DNA from: Cyanophora paradoxa CCMP329
Lineage: Eukaryota > Plantae > Glaucophyta
Length of the DNA: 64,000 nt
NCBI GenBank assembly: GCA_004431415.1
Contig: QPMI01000453.1
Coordinates: forward strand, 496,001 to 560,000
Direction: 5' to 3'
Part shown: positions 57,400-64,000 of the stretch, in pieces
Position numbering within the stretch: the stretch's first letter is position 1
Layout of the letters: every line of letters begins with the position of its first letter
Made by a program: the position numbers and the translations under genes
The notes under the pieces: model-generated
Told to the model about the DNA's origin: nothing
Databases searched by the model: none
What the model saw: only the letters and a program-made list of their open reading frames with translations

Positions 57400-60300
57400 A
57401 TAGGCGGACCGGCCGCTGCAAAGGACACATAGGAAGGCGCACCTCCAGCGTCCCGCCTTCGAGCTCGTCGATGCCAACAACGTTGGATTCGTCGTCGTAC
57501 TGTGGCGCCGGCTGCCCGCGAAGAGGCTAGTCGGCGGATGGGCGGATTTGAAGATTGCGTGATTCGATCGCGAGCACGAACCATTGGGTGGCACCTGTAG
57601 CCTGCACCGATGTCCATGTAGGATTTTGCCCAGTCGGGACATTTGAACATCGGAAACTTGTCTCCAGGAATGCTCCTGCGTGCGTGACATCCGCGGCGAG
57701 AAGGGATTGTTAATGAATTCAATGAATTCACAAGATTTCAGACGAAAGGCGTACGTTCCGTCAGAAAATGCGGATCCAAATCTGGCCTCAGTATCCGACA
57801 TTTCGCCGCAGTCTTCCTTCGCATGTGGAAATCAGAAAGATCGCGAGATACATCGATTAATGCATTAATTGCTCTTACTGCAACGAAGCAAAGGGGGAGC
57901 CAAGTGCAGGTGCCAGTCGCGGATTCCATCGCTGAAGCCGTATATTCGCTCCCTGGCGCCAAGGCATTGATGTTCATGTTTGCATTTCGATTTACAGCGG
58001 TGCAAACAGACACGCACAGTTCGGGCACTCGCTCGGATGCCGGGCGACCGCAAAAGGAGTTCCGCTGCATCCTATCTCGGGCTCTCCGTTATGAATTAAC
58101 CAGTAGAAGTTGTGCTGAAAGAAATAATTATCCTCGTAGCACTTGAAAGGCGTCTCTTGGCACTGCCCGTCCGAGAGCTGCACGCTAAGCGTTGTTTCTG
58201 CGGGGCACCGCTCCCTGCGCTTGATATCAAAACTCGTGCAATTAACGAGGCGCATGCATGTTCAATGTGTGTGCGCGCATAGAGAAAGCGTAGGTCCTGC
58301 CCGTTGTGCACGCCTTGTCGGTCTGCGAGGATGTAATCGCAAGTCATGATTAATGCGCCATGCTCTTTAGGGCATATGCGAGTGCAGAAATAACTCACGA
58401 AGCACTGAACGCCCTTGTGTATATTCGTGTTGCAGCCGTAAGATTTGGCTCGGCTTCCAGACTCCGTTATGGCGAGAGTCCCTCCGGGGCAGCGCTTGTA
58501 CGCCACCTCAGGGGGCTCGTAGTAAATGCTCTTCGGCTTGCTGAGCAGAGGCAAAGGAGTTACACCGCAATAATGAGAATCACACATGCACACTGAGAAA
58601 AAGCATTGTCACGTCTGCGTACTAGAAATCGTGGCTCGTGGCCGTGCCCGCGTCCGAGCAGTCGGAAGTCGAGAAGCTGGCCGGGATTCGTTCATGATCA
58701 GACATTTATGCCGTCAAACTGGAAGAGCGATATCGATGCAAATTCGTGCTCCATTCACCAAATGAGCTTGGTTTGGAAGCATTCAGGAGCGCCTGAAGCA
58801 TTTAGCTGCATCTTCTGCAGAGCTCGAGGTCGAAATGGTGTACGAAAGCTACAAGCAAAATCATGGGGAGGTTGCGTCGCACAGAGAGTGTTCCAGCGGG
58901 GCAGCTGGTCGCGTTGTAGACCCACGTGGGAGCAGTGCGGCACTCGAGGTCGGAGTAGCTGCCCCAGGACGCCCCTTGTCAGTGTCGAGTGGAAAAGGGA
59001 AGTCGTAATATATTGGATGCGAATAGAGCGCTATATATGTTAATGTGGCGTCAATATCCGTTATTTAGAGATAGAATACCAGGCGGTGCCATACGGCACA
59101 TTCTTGCACTGATCTGAGAATTCGGTTTTTACGGAGGTGGTGCCACGCTGAGAGAGGATTATATTCACATCGAAGCTTCAACACCGCTTCCATCCCTTCT
59201 CACCGGGCAGTATTTAAGTCCCCACGCCTCCTCATCAGACATGCCGTCTGTGTTGCTGCGCGCGCGCTCGGGCATCATGATCAAACGCGACTCAATGTAA
59301 TTGTGTGACAGAAGAGCTTGCGTACTAGGAAGTGAGGGCATTGCCAGCCGCGTCCTTGGCGATCGTCCAATAAGATGTGCACCCCTTCCCAGAGTAGCAA
59401 TAAACGGCCGGGCGTTTGCATTCATCAACAGGAACGCCCCAATAATCCGACTCTTTCATCTGCAGAATTATACATATGAAAACGTGGTCGCGTGCAATCG
59501 GCGAAAACAAGAGGAGAGCGAATCGCACCGATTGAGTTCCAGCGGGGCAATCGGTGTGTTGGTAGACCCACGTGGTGGGGGTAGTGCGGCATTCCGGGTC
59601 AGAATAGCTGTCCCGGGGCGCAATTTATTTTTTCGAATTTCATGAATCCATGATTTGGAAATGTAATACCAGGCGGTGCCGGGCGACACCCTGCGACAGT
59701 AGTTTAAGTATCCCTCCATTACCGAAGCAGTGCCGGCCTGCAAGAGAACATTCGATTCACGAAGATGCTATACAGCGCCGCGGCGCTTCCAAGCTCGTCT
59801 CACCGGACAGCGTGCGAACGAAACCGGATTGAAGAATCCGACTGTTCCCTCCCAACTGCACATGTGCGTTACTTGCAAACATTGCTCTAGCGTTTCTGTG
59901 CAATAAAAGCGCGTGCGCACTAGGAAGTGACGATGTTGCCAGCCGCGTTCTTGGCAATCGTCGGAGTAGATGAGCAATCACTGCTTTTATAACAGAGGGC
60001 GGCCATGGTGATGCATGTTCTGAAATCTCCTTCCTTTATCTACAGTACTCTTGGTTCGCAAAAGAGTGCGATTGGAGAGAACAGAAAAGTTTCATTTCGT
60101 ACAGATAGAGTGCCGGCGGGGCAATTGGGTTTATCGAAGACCCACGTGGGAGTAGTTCCGCACGCCAGGTCAGAGTAGCTGCCCGTGGACGCCCTCCGTG
60201 AGCATCGGGCGCAAGGGGGGCACGATCTGATGTAGAGCCATGATTCGACTCAGAGAGCATGTACCAGGCGACTCCAGACGGCACGACCCTGCACTGATCG

Positions 60301-62440
60301 GAGTATCCATCCTTTACCGACGTAGTGCCAATCTGAGACGAAAAAAGTTCCAAAACTGCAACATCATGGTGAGGTTCTCAATGCCTCACCGGGCAGCGCG
60401 CCCAGGCATCCTGGGCAGACACCCCCCCGGGCTGGCTGCACAGGCACGTGTCTATCATGCGCCGCGCAACATGGCGCATCATCATGGCATATATATGCCT
60501 TCAGAAATTTTCGCACTAGTAGGTGACGATATTGCCAGCTGCGTCCTTGGCGATCGTCGGTGCAGACGAGCAGTCCCTGTCAGAGTAGCAGAGGGCAACC
60601 GTGTGGCTGCACTTTTGGACGTAATCTGTGCCATCCAACGAAGACATCGGCTTAAGAGCGCTCGCCATTATCGCTGGACATTTTAGGCTGCAGACGAAAC
60701 GTGCTCAAGTCATTGCCCGCAGACTACGAAGCGATCCTAATCATTTGTAGCGAAGCATGCGCAGAGAATACAATATCCATGCGCACGCGTTCAGATTTTG
60801 CATACTTGTGTCGTAAAAGGTGATGACGTCGCCCGCAGGTGAGGTGCAATCGAAGGTCTTGTGGCACTCAAGAGCTTGAACGGCGGGAGAGCACGTGTCG
60901 CTGCCGGCATCCTTGACGCCATCTGTGCCGACCTGGAAGACAGGCATATGCCGGCGCCGTCAGCTCGAAGCGATTTGAATTCGTGTATTCGTCAAATCGA
61001 TATCAAATAAATAGCTTGAACGCACGGGGCAGCGGCGGAAGGCTTCTTCGTTGGACACGCCAGCCGGCTTGCTGCAGGCAGTCAGGCGGCACACTTGCGT
61101 TAGGCGACAAATCAAAATTTGATCTGAGCTCAAGCTCGCGGGTGACTGAGGAAACGTCGCACTACTCTTTGAGAACGTTGCCTGCCGCGTCCTTGGCGAT
61201 CGCCAAAGCATTTTTGCACTGAGTATCTGCGTAGCAGAGGGCGGCCGTGCGGACGCAGGAAGCCGAATAGCTCGCGCCGTCCGCTGCCAGCGTCTGCACT
61301 CGCATGCTCGCGGTGGAGGTAGGGCACTTGGCGCTGCGTTCCCGATCGCGAAGTCGATCAGACGGGCCCGGCCGCGGGAGTGCGCCACCCTTTTATGTGA
61401 ATGCATGCACAGATCTAGATGGCCAAATCTAGAGCGCGAGGCGGCGATCGCGCGCACGGGTCGAGAACGTCGGTGACGTCGGCTCCGGTGCTCGAGCAAT
61501 CGAAGCTCTTGTGGCACTCCACCTCCTTGTGAGCCGTGCCGCAGCTGGTCGCATCGGCATCCTTGAAGCTGCTGGTCCCCTTCTGCAGAGAGACGGCGTC
61601 GGCGCAATGTGCTCGTGCGGAAAAGATATAATTCGATAAGGGCTGGATTTAAATTTTTGAGAAGAGCTAGCTATAGCGCTTAAGACAGAAGGGGAGAGAA
61701 AACTCTTGAACGCTAGCCCGAGCCAGCTGCAGGTTGACGAGTGTACGTATGCGTGCACGGAGGCTGCAGCGCTTATGAATGAAATTCGCGCACGGGGCAG
61801 CGGAGGAACGCGTCCTCGTTCGACGTGCCCTCCGGTTGGCTGGGGTCACGTGCACGGGTGTCGATCAGGCGGGCGCAACCGATTCAATGACTTGAAGGGG
61901 CGAGGCATATGCATGCGATCGACGCATGTGCGCACTACTTTGAGACCAGGCTGCCCGAGGCAGGATCTCTCCCAAGCGAGACGGTGCCGGAGCATCCCCT
62001 GCAAGCCGAAGCAGCAATGTAAATGATCATGAGCGACGCGCACTGCAGCACAGACAGAAAGGCAGGGCGCCGAGCCGGGGCCGGGGGCGCACTGGCCACT
62101 GTAGCATAACAGCTTGGCTGGAACGCATGTGTCGCTGTCCTTCGCCTTGCCGGAGACGTACGTCGCATCTTTCGAGCAGATGGACGAAACGGATCCAGTG
62201 CTGCGCACGCCACGCGCGGTTCATGCTCAGAGCTCGCGGCCATGCATATGTGCATAGCGGCCGCGGGACGCGATTGATTTCGATATCGGCGGGGCAGAGT
62301 CGCGCATGCCGCATGCGCAGTGCGCACCTGTCGACGGCGTACGCCGGCTCACCCGAGCAGTCGACCGAAGTGTAGCACCTCAGCTTGGACGTCTTGGGTC
62401 CCATGGCGATGCGACCGTATGCGTATTCGTTGGGCGATAG
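57400..62440 (-). CDS. Multi-exon Cys-rich repeat protein of unknown family, possibly 5'-truncated or degenerating
   Basis: Recurring exons encode CY.D..C...(T/A)IAK(D/N)AAGN (59341, 59936, 60532, 61178), G(V/M)S.EEA...CP, GT.SVKD..SD.C and G.AWY.IS at ~600-bp spacing, bounded by GT..AG. No signal peptide found, and one junction (about 60807-60687) did not join in phase. Confidence 0.65.
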
Positions 62441-63295
62441 CTACCGCGTATACTAGGCTAGGCTACTCTAAGTTACAGCCAGTTACCGTAGTACTCCGAA
62501 TCTAACGCGTAACGTTTAACGCGTATACGTACGGTAGTTACAGACTTACCGTAGTACAGTCTTACGACCTCACTGAGTCAGTGCCACGGTGAGACCCGGT
62601 GACCGTCGGACGGGACTCGGACCGCGAGTCCCCGAGCCGCGGGCCGCGGCCTGCGCGGGCCAGCATGCGCAGCGCGGCTGCACCGGCGCCGCCGGGCCAC
62701 CGGCGCCCGGGCGGCCGGGCGGCCCGGGCCCCGCCGCGGCGCAGCCGGCCGCCGCGGCCGCCGGCGCGGGCGCCAGCGCTAGCGCCGCCGCCCGGCCGGC
62801 CCGCTGGCCCGGCGCGCCGGGGCCCGGTCCGGACTCCGGAGTCCGGACCGTCCTGTCACCGTGTGTCATGAATCATTGATGCGGAACTGCAGCGCGGCAG
62901 TGGGGCCTGAGTGGGCCCGGGGCCCCCGGGCCAGTGGGCCAGTGGCGGCCGCGCGCGGGCAGCACCGCGGCCGCGCGCTGCCGCAGTACGGTGCCAGTAC
63001 CTGCCACTGGCTGCCAGTCTGTGCCATGCCAGTGCGGCGCTGGTCCCGCCGGGCTGTGCGGCAGCCTGTGCCGCTGAGGGCCTGATCATGATCATGAGGC
63101 CCGCCCGGGCGCCGGGCGGCCGTGGCGCCGCGCTGGGCCGTTGCATGTGCCTCTCATGATCAGTCTCTCGAGTCTCACCGTGGCACCGAGTCAGATGCTG
63201 GGTTTTTTTCATTCCGGGAAAGAGCCGCGCCCGGCGGCCGCGCCGCGGCGCGCTGAGTCGCGGACTCATGATCACGTGCACGGTCCCTCCCATTA

Positions 63296-63569
63296 CTGTA
63301 GGAATGCTTAACTTAGTAGTAAATTGCCAGAGTTGCCGCGTAGTAAAATTGCCGAATTCGCCCGAAACCGGAATTGCCGTGGCGATAAATTGCCGAAACT
63401 CTGGATTTCTTGTATGGCACCCTACCGTTAGCGGACGTTTAGCCCTGCATACAAAAGCGGACGTTTAGCCCTACCCCCTAAGAATTGCCGTGGCTTAAAA
63501 TTGCCGAATTCGGCCTCTCGCGGCAATTTACGGCAATTTAAAACATCGGCTAAAAAAGCAATCCTACAG
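63296..63569. mobile_element. MITE family B, second diverged copy
   Basis: TA|CTGTAGGAATGCTT ... AAGCAATCCTACAG|TA. Shares GTAAAATTGCCGAATTCGCCC(A/G)AAACCGGAATTGCCGTGGCGATAAATTGCCGAA with 17542-17791. Confidence 0.85.
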
Positions 63570-64000
63570 TACCTCTGGATCCCAGCAGTGAGTATTACTA
63601 CTAGGCTAGGCTAGTACTAGCCTAGTAGTGCCGCATGCGCAGTGCTCCGGTCCGGTTCCGCCGGCCCGGCGCCGGCGCCGGGCCGCCTGAGGCCCGCCTC
63701 TCGAGCCTCGGAGCTCAGACCGTCGACGTCGGACGCTAAGTTTTTTTAACCCGGGAAAGAGCTTTCAACACTGTGACAACTGCTTCGAGTCGAAAGTCTA
63801 GATCTGGCCCACCGCCATATACAACGCCCGGTACCATACAAATAAAAATTCTAGGGGGGGTATGCTCGCGAAAATTTCATATTCTCGCGCGCGAAAGTTA
63901 CAAATTCCGTGCACCCAGCTGCAGGCCAGGGAAGTCCTGCTTAGTTCATCTTCCTGCTCTCCTGCGCTCCTGCGCTCTTCAATCCGACGGAGCCCAAGGG

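Overview
Eukaryotic, GC-rich, intron-dense nuclear DNA from a unicellular eukaryote. A glaucophyte such as Cyanophora would fit, but this is an unverified impression. Left to right: (1) a ~23-exon mitochondrial-type Hsp70 on the minus strand (630-7100) with a duplicated C-terminal lid, several GC-AG introns and copies of exon ends inside its introns; (2) a head-to-head GNAT acetyltransferase (7306-8403); (3) a young 4.4-kb LTR retroelement (11728-16169; 508-bp near-identical LTRs, CCAT target-site duplication) encoding a CCHC Gag but no recognisable Pol; (4) TA-flanked MITEs; (5) a ~35-kb, many-exon gene (about 18.7-53.8 kb) for a giant surface protein. It reads as signal peptide, PA14-like head, dozens of ~100-aa Cys-paired Ig/filamin-like modules (including six ~1.59-kb tandem units with a swapped variable module), REJ region, GAIN/GPS site (CTHL|TPFA), transmembrane helix and FnIII-like repeats: a polycystin-1/adhesion-receptor-like ectodomain without the channel or 7TM part; (6) a minus-strand Cys-rich repeat gene of unknown family (about 57.4-62.4 kb). 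All gene models were spliced by eye, so internal coordinates are approximate.
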